DNA from: Methanoregula sp.
GTDB lineage: Archaea; Halobacteriota; Methanomicrobia; Methanomicrobiales; Methanospirillaceae
Length of the DNA stretch: 31,752 bases
Reading direction: 5' to 3'
Assembly: GCA_039698055.1 (NCBI GenBank)
Contig: JBDKTL010000045.1
Span: 1 to 31,752 of the forward strand
Below are positions 1-10,077 of this stretch, in pieces; the stretch's first letter is position 1; the number at the start of each line of letters is the position of its first letter. The position numbers and the translations under genes were made by a program. Under the pieces are notes generated by a model that saw only the letters and a list, made by a program, of their open reading frames with translations, searched no databases and was not told the DNA's origin.

Positions 1-105
1 AAGCCTCACATGAGTCTCAACTGGGATGAACCGTGTAACGTCTTCTGGTACAAATTGCCTCCGGAGAGGATTTTGGATTATGCGAAGAAATGGTTATATG
101 TGTAA
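1..105 (+). CDS. 3' end of a probable IS481-family (integrase-core) transposase, truncated by the window edge
   Basis: Frame 1 reads KPHMSLNWDEPCNVFWYKLPPERILDYAKKWLYV*. [KR]PHxSL is the C-terminal motif of rve/IS481/IS3 integrase cores. Too short for the ORF track. Confidence 0.6.
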   Translation, partial: KPHMSLNWDEPCNVFWYKLPPERILDYAKKWLYV

Positions 106-125
106 AATTAATTCGGGATTCCACA
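1..125 (+). mobile_element. Right end of an IS481-like insertion sequence; putative terminal inverted repeat at about 100-125
   Basis: The transposase-like stop is followed by AATTAATTCGGGATTCCACA. The terminal ACA fits the TGT...ACA ends of IS481 elements. The left end is outside the window. Confidence 0.5.
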
Positions 126-132
126 ACGGAGT

Positions 133-148
133 AAAAAAATAAAAAAAA
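133..148 (-). terminator. Oligo-T archaeal terminator of the MFS gene
   Basis: A7-T-A8 on the plus strand (T-tract on minus), 18 nt past the stop codon. Confidence 0.5.
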
Positions 149-166
149 CTAAATGTTGCTAGACTT

Positions 167-1411
167 CTAGGGGACATTAGTTGCCATCTCCGGGACATCG
201 ACTATCATTTTCCTTTTACTAATCACCATCCAGCTTCCAACACATACAAGTCCAACCACAATATTGATTATTCCAAGGGAAATGATGAGATTATTGCCGC
301 CAAGGGTGACAAGAACCATTCCGGCACTGCCAAAAACAAGACCAAAGCAATTAATCAGGGCTGAAGCTGCGCCGGTGTATTCTTTTTGTTGTTCAAGCAT
401 CAGGAATGCACCGGGCGGTCGTACACAACTGCCCATCAGGGACGCCGGGAAAAGTGCCAATGCAAAGACAAGAGGACTCATGCCACCAAAAAGACAGACA
501 AGTGCACCTCCGACGACCATGATGGCAAAGCAGGAAGCAATAATGGATTTGCGACGAATGTACCGTGAAAGCCAGATATACAGGATCGGGCCGGAGATGA
601 GACCAATCGCGTTAAGGGCAAAGTAGAAACTGTACCATTGTTCAGAGAGCCCGAAGCCTTTTTCGTAGATGTACGATGAATCGGCAATAAATGCAAGTGA
701 TGCCGTACTTACCAGTGAAAAAACAATAAGAAGTGAGGTAAAACCGGGATTTTTTAGCACGGTTCCAAGCCGGCGCATAGACTGCACAATGGTTCCTGAA
801 TACCTGGAGGGAACGGTCTCCTTAAGTAAAAGGCAGCCGGCTATCGATACAATGCCGATGAGGGCAAGCATCCAGAAAAGACCCCGCCACGATGTATAGG
901 GAAGCATGAATGCCCCAAGAACCGGGGCGACAGCAGGAGAGATAACAACCATCGACTGGACGAGCGCGAGCACCGACTCCCTCTTTCTGCCCTCATACAC
1001 ATCCTTGACCATGGCAGTAGCGACGGCAGATCCGGCACTGCCGCCAACAGCCTGGAGAATGCGGAAGAAGATAAGGTGGTAAATATCCCACGATACCGCA
1101 CATGCGGCGCTTGCGGCAATATAGAGTGCAAGGCCGGCAAGCAAAACAGGCCTGCGACCGTACTTGTCACTTAACGGCCCCCAGAAGAGCATTCCCACAC
1201 TGAAAAAGATAAAGAAAAGAATGAGCGTCAGGTTCGTAAGATTGACAGAGACATGGAAATAGTCACCCATGCCGGGAAGGGCAGGAAGATAGAGATCGGT
1301 CGAGAGAGGAACAAATGCAGACAGCACGGCAATCAGGACAATGAGTCCCCGATCACCAAGATATTTCTGGTGCGTAGAGGGTTTTGTTTCTTCTTCCAGA
1401 ATAGGATCCAT
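167..1411 (-). CDS. Bcr/CflA (DHA1) family multidrug-efflux MFS transporter
   Basis: About 12 hydrophobic segments; DLYLPALP motif, motif A GPLSDKYGRRP, FRILQAVGG, SPAVAPVLG. ATG at 1411 preferred over TTG at 1426. Confidence 0.92.
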   Translation of the reverse strand: MDPILEEETKPSTHQKYLGDRGLIVLIAVLSAFVPLSTDLYLPALPGMGDYFHVSVNLTNLTLILFFIFFSVGMLFWGPLSDKYGRRPVLLAGLALYIAASAACAVSWDIYHLIFFRILQAVGGSAGSAVATAMVKDVYEGRKRESVLALVQSMVVISPAVAPVLGAFMLPYTSWRGLFWMLALIGIVSIAGCLLLKETVPSRYSGTIVQSMRRLGTVLKNPGFTSLLIVFSLVSTASLAFIADSSYIYEKGFGLSEQWYSFYFALNAIGLISGPILYIWLSRYIRRKSIIASCFAIMVVGGALVCLFGGMSPLVFALALFPASLMGSCVRPPGAFLMLEQQKEYTGAASALINCFGLVFGSAGMVLVTLGGNNLIISLGIINIVVGLVCVGSWMVISKRKMIVDVPEMATNVP

Positions 1412-1442
1412 GTTTATTTGCTGCAATTAGTTAACCGGTAAA

Positions 1443-1463
1443 ATATCGTCTGGATAACGATAT
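1443..1463. promoter_or_regulatory. Palindromic candidate operator upstream of the efflux pump
   Basis: ATATCGT-N7-ACGATAT with perfect 7-bp arms, about 30 nt upstream of the ATG. Confidence 0.45.
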
Positions 1464-1651
1464 AGTGTTTTCTTGGATGACACAGCAGGTATATCCGGAT
1501 TATTTTTTGATGATATATAGCGGCGTTCAAGACTCTTATATCAGTTCCAGTTCCGATGAGTATAGTAAAAGCAGAGGGATACGAGTATTCCTGAAACTTC
1601 TTAAAAGAGAACCTGATAAGACGGATAGGAGAACAGACCCTGCTGGAACCA

Positions 1652-1736
1652 TGCGAGGGATGGGATTTGAACCCATGGACTCCTTCGAGACCGGATCTTA
1701 AGTCCGGCGCCGTTGGCCAAGCTTAGCTACCCTCGC
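1652..1736 (-). tRNA. tRNA-Leu (anticodon TAA), no intron, CCA not encoded
   Basis: Reverse complement is GCGAGGGTAGCTAAGCTTGGCCAACGGCGCCGGACTTAAGATCCGGTCTCGAAGGAGTCCATGGGTTCAAATCCCATCCCTCGCA. Acceptor stem GCGAGGG/CCCTCGC, anticodon arm CCGGA-CTTAAGA-TCCGG, long variable arm, GTTCAAAT T-loop, discriminator A. Confidence 0.97.
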
Positions 1737-1837
1737 GCCTTATAGTATTTGACGCGGATGATAAAAAGAATCGTTTTAGGAAATAATACCGCTGGGCGTG
1801 CTATTTTGCCTGGGGGATGCCTTCCGCATATGACTTC

Positions 1838-1861
1838 CCGTGAATGAAAAATCAATCACGG
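1838..1861 (-). terminator. Hairpin immediately downstream of the beta-propeller gene
   Basis: CCGTGAATGA-AAAA-TCAATCACGG, a 10-bp stem with one mismatch, 3 nt after the stop. Confidence 0.35.
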
Positions 1862-1864
1862 TTT

Positions 1865-3127
1865 TTAGATTGTGCGCCGTGCCAGCATAAGCACAACGGC
1901 GATCGCACACACCCCCGTGACGACAGATACCGGGGACTTTTTTGTTGTTGGGATTGCAGTCGGGATCTCTTCGGTTACTGTAATTGACGGAGTAACGACG
2001 GTCGTAGTGATCTCCAGGGCTGCCGGTGTCATTGTGGTTGTCCGTGAGGAGATGATGCGGGGTGGTGCTGTTTCATCGGGGGATATTGCGCCCGTTTCGA
2101 TATAATACGCGTAGATGGTCGAGGGGTCGGCGGCGACAAGATATGTCTTGTCCGAGCTGATTGCAAGCGACCGGGGCTGAACAATCGCGCCCGTCTTGAT
2201 AGTCGCCTGCAACTGGCCGTTTCGGGTCAGCAGGGAAAGGGACCGGTCAACCGATACCGTGGCAATGATAGTGCCGTCCTGCGAAACGGCAACCGCGTTG
2301 ATCCATTGACCGGTCTTGTATTTTGTATGCGTGTTGCCCTGTGAATCAAGTGCATATACATTGGCATCCTGGCTACCGACAACGACCGTCTGCCCGTCAC
2401 CAGAGCAGGCAAGGCTCGTGATATCATCATCAGTAACTATTTTCTGCCAGTTCAGGGTCCCGTCCTTTGTGTGCGAGGATACCCGTTTGCTGCCGGCGGT
2501 ATAGATGATTGAACCATCAGCGCTTATGGCAATATACGTGTCGAGACTGTCCGTCCTCCGGTCTGTCCAGCGAAGAGTGAGATCGGGATTGACATACCGG
2601 AGCCCGGAAACCGTGGTGACAACAATCAGATCGGCATTGGGTGAAATTGCCAGATTTTTTACCGGTTCAATCTTCAATGTTCCGTTGCTCCATCCGTTCA
2701 GGTCCCATGATGATATGTCGCCGTCAGTATCCATCGCAACAACAAGGGGCCCGATTTTTGAAATGGCGACGTAGTTAACCGGTGTGTTCATCGTCCGGGT
2801 CCAGACTTCCGCGCCACTCTTGTCAAGCAGGCGAAGGTTCCGGTCAATCGCGGTGATTACATAATTTCCATCACCGCTCATCGCTGATATCGCACCGGCA
2901 TCGCCGCTCCAGAGACGATCGCCGCCCCGTGAAAATATTGTCAGCTGACTGCCCCCGACTAATATACGGGACCCGTCATCAGCGAGCGTGATGCCTCTCA
3001 CCGGCAGATCATCAGGAGGATGGACCGTCCAGAACGGAGTGAGAGTTTCACCATATACCGTTGCGGTAATGCCGCAGAAAAGACACAATGCGACAACAAG
3101 TATTATTGTCCGATTCACCCGTTGCAT
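1865..3127 (-). CDS. Secreted, membrane-anchored PQQ/WD40-like beta-propeller protein
   Basis: Signal-peptide-like N-terminus (RVNRTIILVVALCLFC). About 8 repeats of roughly 40 aa (vaiSxDG...vvvgs.D..v..ld..G...W). Thr/Pro-rich linker, then KKSP, a TM helix and an RR tail. ATG at 3127 preferred. Confidence 0.8.
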   Translation of the reverse strand: MQRVNRTIILVVALCLFCGITATVYGETLTPFWTVHPPDDLPVRGITLADDGSRILVGGSQLTIFSRGGDRLWSGDAGAISAMSGDGNYVITAIDRNLRLLDKSGAEVWTRTMNTPVNYVAISKIGPLVVAMDTDGDISSWDLNGWSNGTLKIEPVKNLAISPNADLIVVTTVSGLRYVNPDLTLRWTDRRTDSLDTYIAISADGSIIYTAGSKRVSSHTKDGTLNWQKIVTDDDITSLACSGDGQTVVVGSQDANVYALDSQGNTHTKYKTGQWINAVAVSQDGTIIATVSVDRSLSLLTRNGQLQATIKTGAIVQPRSLAISSDKTYLVAADPSTIYAYYIETGAISPDETAPPRIISSRTTTMTPAALEITTTVVTPSITVTEEIPTAIPTTKKSPVSVVTGVCAIAVVLMLARRTI

Positions 3128-3229
3128 AATTATCACCGTGTAATGGTATGTTCTTGCATATAGTTGTACACGAATAATACCTTCCATGTGTTTTATGCCT
3201 AGGTGATATCATACATTATCCGACAAGTC

Positions 3230-4234
3230 ATGACCTCGTTTCAGTGTGCAGGCTGGGTGGAGATGGATGGCAAAAAACTCACATCCGCAAAAACAGAGGA
3301 GATCGTGCGCACGGCGCCTGAAACGATGCGCCGGTTTGGCGGCGAGTTCCGGATCTCGTACGGGAAGTGCCATGCCCGGGACCATTTCGGGATCATGCCC
3401 GGCCCGTGCGAAAAAGGCGCATGGACCTGTGACGGGAAAAAAGTATTTTCGATCGAACCTGACCCTGAACCTCTCGCACTTGATGCGGCCATCAGCATTG
3501 CAGTAAACCTGCGCAGCGATGAAGGAGTTGTCGCCCTCTCGGGCGGCGTGGACTCAAGCCTTGTTGCCGCACTCGCGGGCCGGGAATGCGTGGCAGTTGG
3601 CCTTGCTGACTCCCATGACCTCAGGCAGGCACAGCATGCCGCATCGCTGCTGGGCCTTTCCTGTACGAGCGTGACCATCACACCAGATGAAATCGAAGCC
3701 GCCGTCCCCACGGTTCTTGCCACACTACCGAAAAAAGATCCGGTAAACCTTGGCATCGCACTCACCCAGTTTTTTATTGCCCGGTGGGCAGGGCAGCATG
3801 GGTACCAGAGAATCATCACGGGACAGGGAGCGGACGAACTTTTTGGCGGGTATTCACGGTACCGTGAGACGACAACGCTCGAAGAAGACCTAGCCCGGGA
3901 CGTTATTGGGCTGGAACAGCAGGCAGACCGTGACCAGTCGGTTGCTGCACTGCACGGCTGCTACCTCTCCATGCCGTACCTTGATATCCGGGTCGTGCGC
4001 GCGGCAGCAGCGATCCCGGCCAAAGATAAAGTGCATGATGGTCGCCGGAAGATCCCGTTACGGGCAGTTGCAGCGCAGCATATACCAAAAGAACTCGCGG
4101 AATACGAGAAAAAAGCGATGCAGTACGGGAGCGGGGTCTGGGGAGTATTAAAAAAGACTGCCCGTAAAAATGGATATAAAACGTCCGTGCAAGATTACAT
4201 AGACCACATCCAAGAGGCACAACATGGTCACTGA
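3230..4234 (+). CDS. Asparagine synthase-related protein (AsnB synthetase domain; reduced glutaminase domain)
   Basis: PP-loop LSGGVDSS, TGQGADELFGGY, PYLD, KIPLR, KKAMQYGSG; remnant ARDHFGIMP. ATG at 3230. Confidence 0.88.
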   Translation: MTSFQCAGWVEMDGKKLTSAKTEEIVRTAPETMRRFGGEFRISYGKCHARDHFGIMPGPCEKGAWTCDGKKVFSIEPDPEPLALDAAISIAVNLRSDEGVVALSGGVDSSLVAALAGRECVAVGLADSHDLRQAQHAASLLGLSCTSVTITPDEIEAAVPTVLATLPKKDPVNLGIALTQFFIARWAGQHGYQRIITGQGADELFGGYSRYRETTTLEEDLARDVIGLEQQADRDQSVAALHGCYLSMPYLDIRVVRAAAAIPAKDKVHDGRRKIPLRAVAAQHIPKELAEYEKKAMQYGSGVWGVLKKTARKNGYKTSVQDYIDHIQEAQHGH

Positions 4235-4496
4235 AAAAGACGTGGAGCATATCGCAGGGCTTGCCGATATCGGCATTGATAAAGACGAACTGGGCGCATT
4301 TACCGGGCAGTTCAATGCAATACTTGACTATTTTGACATCCTTGACAAGGTAAAAGGCGACAGTGTCATCACCCGCGACCTTTCAAACGTGATGCGTGAG
4401 GATATTGTCGAACCGTCCCTTCCGCTGGAAGAAGCCCTCAAAAACGCGGGCGGGCATGAGAACGGATATATCAAAGGCCCCCGGGTGATGCAGTGA
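4224..4496 (+). CDS. gatC: Asp-tRNA(Asn)/Glu-tRNA(Gln) amidotransferase subunit C
   Basis: 90 aa with [19 protein letters not shown] and GPRV; directly upstream of gatA. Confidence 0.93.
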   Translation: MVTEKDVEHIAGLADIGIDKDELGAFTGQFNAILDYFDILDKVKGDSVITRDLSNVMREDIVEPSLPLEEALKNAGGHENGYIKGPRVMQ

Positions 4497-5797
4497 CCGC
4501 ACACGAAATTTCCTTTGACCCAAATGACCGGTTCCACGCGTTCCTCTCCACCGTAAAAAAAGCTTCTTACAACGACGGGAAACTTTCCGGCATTGCAGTT
4601 GCCGTCAAAGACAATATCTCGACTCTTGGCATTGAGACCACCTGTGCGTCAAAGATCCTCAAAGGATACATCCCACCCTATGATGCTCACGCGGTGCAGC
4701 TCTTGAAAAACGCCGGCGCAGCAATTGTCGGCAAAACCAACATGGATGAGTTTGGCATGGGGACAACCACGGAGAACTCCGGGTTTGGCCCAACACTCAA
4801 CCCCCACGATACCACCCGTGTCCCCGGCGGTTCATCGGGTGGCAGTGCAGCGGCAGTAGCTTCCGGCATGGTGCGGATGGCCCTTGGAACCGATACCGGC
4901 GGATCGATCCGGTGTCCCGCCGCGTTCTGCGGGATCGTGGGGCTCAAACCCACGTATGGCAGGGTCTCCCGGTACGGCCTGATCGCGTATGCAAACTCGC
5001 TCGAACAGATTGGGCCCATGGCTAACAACGTATCTGATATCTCGCTCCTCATGCAGGTGATCGCCGGCCATGACCGCCGCGATACCACGTCATATGACCG
5101 CCCGTATACCCACACCCCGACAGCAGATATCAAAGGCCTGCGGATCGGCATCCCGCAGGAATATTTCGGTGCCGGCGTTGACTCAAACGTTGCAGCTTCG
5201 GTGAAAACTGCAATCACGAAGCTTGAGGAACTGGGAGCCACCACTGTTCCGTGTAACATCCCGTCGATGGAATATGCGCTTGCCGCGTACTACGTGATCT
5301 GTACCAGCGAAGCGAGCTCCAACCTCGCACGCTTTGACGGTATCCGGTACGGCCCGGCAGCGGACGTCCTCAAGTCATGGCACGATGCGTACCGGGACGT
5401 GCGCCGTGCGGGATTTGGCACGGAAGTCCGGCGGCGTATCATGCTTGGGACTTTTGCCCTCTCCAGCGGATATTACGGGAAATATTACGCAAAAGCACAA
5501 GTCGCCCGCGAGAACGTCAGGAAAGATTTTGCCCGGATCTTTGCTGATGTTGATGTCATCTGCGGTCCGACGATGCCAACAATTGCATTCAGGTTCGGGG
5601 AGAAAAGCGACCCCCTCTCCATGTATCTCTCCGATATCCTGACCGTGCCGGTCAACCTTGCCGGCATACCGGCCATCTCGGTCCCCTGCGGCAACGTGGA
5701 CGGGATGCCTGTCGGGCTCCAGATCATGGGACGGCCCTTTGAAGATGAACGTGTCATCGATGTTGCGTACGCGTACGAACAGGCGGTGCGATCATGA
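4493..5797 (+). CDS. gatA: Amidotransferase subunit A (amidase)
   Basis: [62 protein letters not shown] start overlaps the gatC stop. Confidence 0.97.
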   Translation: MTAHEISFDPNDRFHAFLSTVKKASYNDGKLSGIAVAVKDNISTLGIETTCASKILKGYIPPYDAHAVQLLKNAGAAIVGKTNMDEFGMGTTTENSGFGPTLNPHDTTRVPGGSSGGSAAAVASGMVRMALGTDTGGSIRCPAAFCGIVGLKPTYGRVSRYGLIAYANSLEQIGPMANNVSDISLLMQVIAGHDRRDTTSYDRPYTHTPTADIKGLRIGIPQEYFGAGVDSNVAASVKTAITKLEELGATTVPCNIPSMEYALAAYYVICTSEASSNLARFDGIRYGPAADVLKSWHDAYRDVRRAGFGTEVRRRIMLGTFALSSGYYGKYYAKAQVARENVRKDFARIFADVDVICGPTMPTIAFRFGEKSDPLSMYLSDILTVPVNLAGIPAISVPCGNVDGMPVGLQIMGRPFEDERVIDVAYAYEQAVRS

Positions 5798-7242
5798 TCG
5801 ACGCGGATGTTGTGGTCGGCCTTGAAGTCCACTGCCAGCTCGACACAAAGAGCAAGCTCTTCTGCGGTTGCTCCACCGACTACCGTTCAGATGGCCCCAA
5901 CACTCATGTCTGCCCGGTCTGCCTTGGCCTGCCCGGCTCAATGCCCGTTCTCAACAAGCGTGCAATTGAGTACGCGATGCGGGTGGCAAAAGCCCTCAAC
6001 TGCACCGTCATTCCCGAATCGGAATTCTCGCGGAAGAACTATTTCTATCCCGACCTTGACAAGGCATACCAGATCACACAGTACGACAAACCGCTTGCAG
6101 AAGGGGGCTATCTTGAAATCGAAGGCGATGAAGGAGGGGAGCGGCGCATCCAGCTCACCCGCATCCACGTCGAGGAAGACCCGGGCAGGCTTGTCCACAT
6201 GGGCAATGCCGAACGCGGCAGGTATTCACTGGTGGATTACAACCGTGCCGGTATTCCGCTCATCGAGATCGTCAGCGAGCCGGACATGCGCTCGGCAAAA
6301 GAAGCCCGGAAATTCTTGAACAAACTCCGGGCAACGCTTGAATATCTCGGGGTCTTTGACAGCGAGAAGGAAGGTTCGCTCAGGGTCGATGCAAACATCT
6401 CGCTTCGCGGGAGCAACCGGGTAGAGGTCAAAAATATTACTTCCTACAAGGGAGTGGAAAAGGCACTCAACTTTGAAGTCACCCGGCAGAGAAACCTGAT
6501 CCGTCGCGGGCTCAAAGTCGAGCGGGAGACCCGGCATTACCTTGAAGCCCGCGGGGTTACGCAGGCTGGCAGGTCAAAGGAACAGGAACACGACTACCGG
6601 TATTTCCCGGAACCTGACCTCCGTCCGCTCCATGTCCAGTCATGGGTGCACGATATTGTCCTCCCCGAACTCCCGGATGCCCGGCGCGAGCGGTTCATCG
6701 CCCGGTACGGCTGTTCCCTCAACCATGCCCGCACCCTGACCGGCGAACTCAAGCTGGCAAACTTCTTTGAAAAGACAGTACAGGCCGATCCAAAAGGACT
6801 CTCCACGCTTGCCGCCACATGGATTGCCGACACGCTGATTGGTGAGTTGAACTACCGGAACATGAGCATTGACGCGCTGGACGTCCCTGCATTCACCGGT
6901 CTTGTCATGCTGCTCAGACAGGAAACAATCACCGATAAAAGCGGTATCGAAGTGCTTCGGGTGATGCTCGACCAGCGCCTGAATAAAGAGCCCTGTGAGA
7001 CGGCAGATGCGATCGTCAGGCGCTTGAACCTTGCAAAGACCAGCGGCGATGACGGGGCGCTTGCCGCTATCATTGCCGACATCATCAGCCAAAACCCCAA
7101 AGCCGTCGAAGATTACCAGTCCGGCAAAAACGGCGCCCTTAACTTCCTTGTCGGTCAGGTGATGAAGCAGACACGGGGCCGGTCTGATCCCGGCGAACTC
7201 AACCATATGATTGTCGAATCCCTCAAACAAAAGGATGCGTGA
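5794..7242 (+). CDS. gatB: Amidotransferase subunit B
   Basis: [71 protein letters not shown]. Confidence 0.97.
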   Translation: MIDADVVVGLEVHCQLDTKSKLFCGCSTDYRSDGPNTHVCPVCLGLPGSMPVLNKRAIEYAMRVAKALNCTVIPESEFSRKNYFYPDLDKAYQITQYDKPLAEGGYLEIEGDEGGERRIQLTRIHVEEDPGRLVHMGNAERGRYSLVDYNRAGIPLIEIVSEPDMRSAKEARKFLNKLRATLEYLGVFDSEKEGSLRVDANISLRGSNRVEVKNITSYKGVEKALNFEVTRQRNLIRRGLKVERETRHYLEARGVTQAGRSKEQEHDYRYFPEPDLRPLHVQSWVHDIVLPELPDARRERFIARYGCSLNHARTLTGELKLANFFEKTVQADPKGLSTLAATWIADTLIGELNYRNMSIDALDVPAFTGLVMLLRQETITDKSGIEVLRVMLDQRLNKEPCETADAIVRRLNLAKTSGDDGALAAIIADIISQNPKAVEDYQSGKNGALNFLVGQVMKQTRGRSDPGELNHMIVESLKQKDA

Positions 7243-7248
7243 CCACCT

Positions 7249-10077
7249 GTGCACCTGATAGTTGCAGAAAAGAACATCTCTGCCCGGCGCATCGCCGAAA
7301 TCCTTGCCGAAGGAAAGAAGATCACCGAGAAAAAAGATGCCGGCGTCTCAACGTACTCGTTTGGCGACACGACAACGGTCGGACTTCGCGGGCATGTCGT
7401 TGAAGTGGACTTTGAGCCGGGATACGAGAACTGGCGCAGCGAGAAATATACACCCCGCAGCCTGATCGATGCAAAAACGATCAAGGTGCCCACCGAGAAG
7501 CGCATTGTTGCCCTGCTCCAGAAACTGGCACGGCACGCCGAACGGGTTACAATAGCAACGGATTTTGATACGGAAGGAGAACTGATCGGAAAAGAGGCAT
7601 ATGAACTCGTCCGGGCGGTCAACCCGAACGTTCCCGTCGACCGTTCACGGTTCTCCGCCATCACGCCGCAGGAGATCCGTCACGCGTTTTCAAACACCAC
7701 GGCCCTTGATTTTGCCCTTGCCGCCGCAGGCGAAGCCCGCCAGTCTATTGACCTGATGTGGGGGGCTGCCCTCACCCGGTTCATCTCGCTTGCTGCACGG
7801 AGAGGCGGCCAGAACATCCTCTCGGTAGGGCGCGTCCAGAGCCCGACGCTCTCGATGATCGTAGACCGGGAAAAAGAGATTGAGGCATTTGCCCCGGAAA
7901 CCTACTGGCAGCTCTCGCTTGAGACAGCGAAAAACAACGAGGTCATTGAAGCTCGGCACACGAACGGGCGGTTTAAGGAAAAAGCCGCAGCAGAACTCGC
8001 CCGTGACCGGACAAAAGCGCCCCTGACAGTTACCGAAGTAAAAGAGGGCACAAAACAGGACCGGTCTCCATCACCATTCGATACGACAACCTACATCGTC
8101 GCCGCTGCCCGGCTTGGGTTGTCTGCCGCAAACGCGATGCGTATCGCTGAAGACCTGTACATGAACGGGTACATCTCGTACCCAAGGACCGACAACACGG
8201 TCTACCCCGCCTCGCTCGATCTTGATGGTCTGTTAAAGATCATCAAAAACTCCCCGTTTAAAAAGGATGTGGAATGGGTGATGGCACACCGCCGGGCTGT
8301 ACCAACGCGGGGAAAAAAATCGTCTACCGATCACCCGCCGATTCACCCGACCGGTGTCGCCACGCGTGAAAGTATCGGGGATGACGCGTTCAGGGTCTAC
8401 GAGCTCGTGCTCCGCCGGTTCCTCGCAACACTCTCCCCCGATGCACTCTGGAAGACGTTGAAGATCAATTTCGATGCCGGTGGCGAAGAGTATACAACCA
8501 CGGGCGGTCTTCTGCTCGAACCCGGCTGGCACCAGGTCTACCCATTCTCCGAAGCCAAAGAAACAATCCTGCCGCCATTTGTCACGGGTGAGACCCTCCC
8601 GATAAAAAAGGTCACGCTCGATGAGAAGGAAACCCAGCCGCCAGCCCGGTACACGCAGAGCAAACTGATCCAGCGGATGGAGGAACTCGGGCTTGGCACC
8701 AAGAGCACCCGCCATGAAGTGATCGCAAAACTGGTCTCCCGAAAGTACGTAGAGGGCACCCCGCTGCGACCCACGCTCGTGGGAAGAGTCGTAACCGAAT
8801 CGCTGGAAAACCATGCGGATACGATTACAAAACCCAAAATGACAGCAACCATCGAAGACCATATGCAGCAGATCAAGGAAAGCAAACGCACCCGCGAAGA
8901 CGTGGTAAAAGAGTCCCGCGAAATGCTGCATGCGGCTTTTAACCAGCTCGAGAGCCATGAGCAGGAGATCGGGGACGATATCCGCAACCGGACTGCTGAA
9001 GAGATGAACCTTGGCGCCTGCCCGGTATGCGGGGGGATGCTCGCGATCAAACACATGCGGGGCTCGACGCAGTTCATCGGGTGTTCCCATTACCCGGAAT
9101 GCAGTTTCAACATCGGGCTCCCGGTGACACAGTGGGGCTGGGCGGTGCGCACCGATGACGTTTGCGACAAACACCACCTTCATTATGTCCGGCTGGTCAG
9201 GAAAGGCGCCCGTCCATGGGATATCGGCTGCCCACTTTGCCACCACATCAACTCCAACACAGAATCCTTAACCGAGATCCCCTCAATGAATGAAGCGCTG
9301 CTTGAAAAAGCCCGTTCGCAGCACATCTACACGGTCGCGGAGATCGTCCGCAGTCCACCGGACAAGCTTGAAAAAGCACTGGGGCTCACGCCGGCATCAG
9401 CAGAGAACCTGAAACACGAAGCCGGGCTTGTGCTTGAAACACTCCGCCGGCGCTCTGAGTGCCGCAAGTTTATGCGCAATCACCTGATTCCCCGCAAGGG
9501 GCGCAGTTATGCAAAGATCATGGACACCCTCAAAAGCGGGGGCGTAAATGATCTTGCCGCACTCGCAAAAGCCAGTCCTGCACTCCTGCACAAGGCAGGT
9601 ATCAGCGAGAACGAGACAGAGCAGCTGCTCACCGAAGCCCTGCTGTCCTATAACGGACAGATCTTAAAAGAGATCGGCATTCCGGCCGTCAGCCTGAAAA
9701 AGTATCTCGCGGGCGGAGTTGCCGACCCGGAAACGATCTGCAGCACGCCACTTGGAACATTGAGCGAGAAAACGGGTATGAGTTCTGCCACGATCCAGCG
9801 CCATGTCACAATGGTCTGCCAGTATCTCAACAAACCGGTGCCGAAAAAATATTCAAAACAGCAATTGGAGAAAGGCAAAAAACAATTGCTGGCAATCAAA
9901 GGGTTATCACAAACCGCTATTGAAAAACTCTTAAAAGCCGGCATCATCGATGCAGACGCACTTCTTGCAACTGATGCTGAAAAGGCGGCCGGTGAAACCG
10001 GTATTGCAGCAGAGAAGATCCGGGAGTACCAGAAGATCATACAAAAAAAGCGGGATAATGCGATAATCCAGATTTAA
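7249..10077 (+). CDS. topA: Type IA DNA topoisomerase with Zn ribbons and a C-terminal helix-hairpin-helix-like tail
   Basis: TOPRIM LIVAEK and ATDFDTEGE; SVGRVQSPTL; catalytic GYISYPRTD; DHPPIHPT; GLGTKSTR; CPVC...FIGCSHYPEC. GTG start. Confidence 0.95.
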   Translation: MHLIVAEKNISARRIAEILAEGKKITEKKDAGVSTYSFGDTTTVGLRGHVVEVDFEPGYENWRSEKYTPRSLIDAKTIKVPTEKRIVALLQKLARHAERVTIATDFDTEGELIGKEAYELVRAVNPNVPVDRSRFSAITPQEIRHAFSNTTALDFALAAAGEARQSIDLMWGAALTRFISLAARRGGQNILSVGRVQSPTLSMIVDREKEIEAFAPETYWQLSLETAKNNEVIEARHTNGRFKEKAAAELARDRTKAPLTVTEVKEGTKQDRSPSPFDTTTYIVAAARLGLSAANAMRIAEDLYMNGYISYPRTDNTVYPASLDLDGLLKIIKNSPFKKDVEWVMAHRRAVPTRGKKSSTDHPPIHPTGVATRESIGDDAFRVYELVLRRFLATLSPDALWKTLKINFDAGGEEYTTTGGLLLEPGWHQVYPFSEAKETILPPFVTGETLPIKKVTLDEKETQPPARYTQSKLIQRMEELGLGTKSTRHEVIAKLVSRKYVEGTPLRPTLVGRVVTESLENHADTITKPKMTATIEDHMQQIKESKRTREDVVKESREMLHAAFNQLESHEQEIGDDIRNRTAEEMNLGACPVCGGMLAIKHMRGSTQFIGCSHYPECSFNIGLPVTQWGWAVRTDDVCDKHHLHYVRLVRKGARPWDIGCPLCHHINSNTESLTEIPSMNEALLEKARSQHIYTVAEIVRSPPDKLEKALGLTPASAENLKHEAGLVLETLRRRSECRKFMRNHLIPRKGRSYAKIMDTLKSGGVNDLAALAKASPALLHKAGISENETEQLLTEALLSYNGQILKEIGIPAVSLKKYLAGGVADPETICSTPLGTLSEKTGMSSATIQRHVTMVCQYLNKPVPKKYSKQQLEKGKKQLLAIKGLSQTAIEKLLKAGIIDADALLATDAEKAAGETGIAAEKIREYQKIIQKKRDNAIIQI

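Noticed and set aside
1465-1701. 78-aa plus-strand ORF ending MRGMGFEPMDSFETGS
   Set aside because: Antisense translation of tRNA-Leu plus intergenic DNA; a classic spurious ORF.
8233-9246. 337-aa antisense ORF within topA, and similar long shadow ORFs in gatA, gatB, purB, the helicase and the kinases
   Set aside because: They fully overlap well-supported genes, have no motifs, and are expected from codon bias in GC-rich genes.
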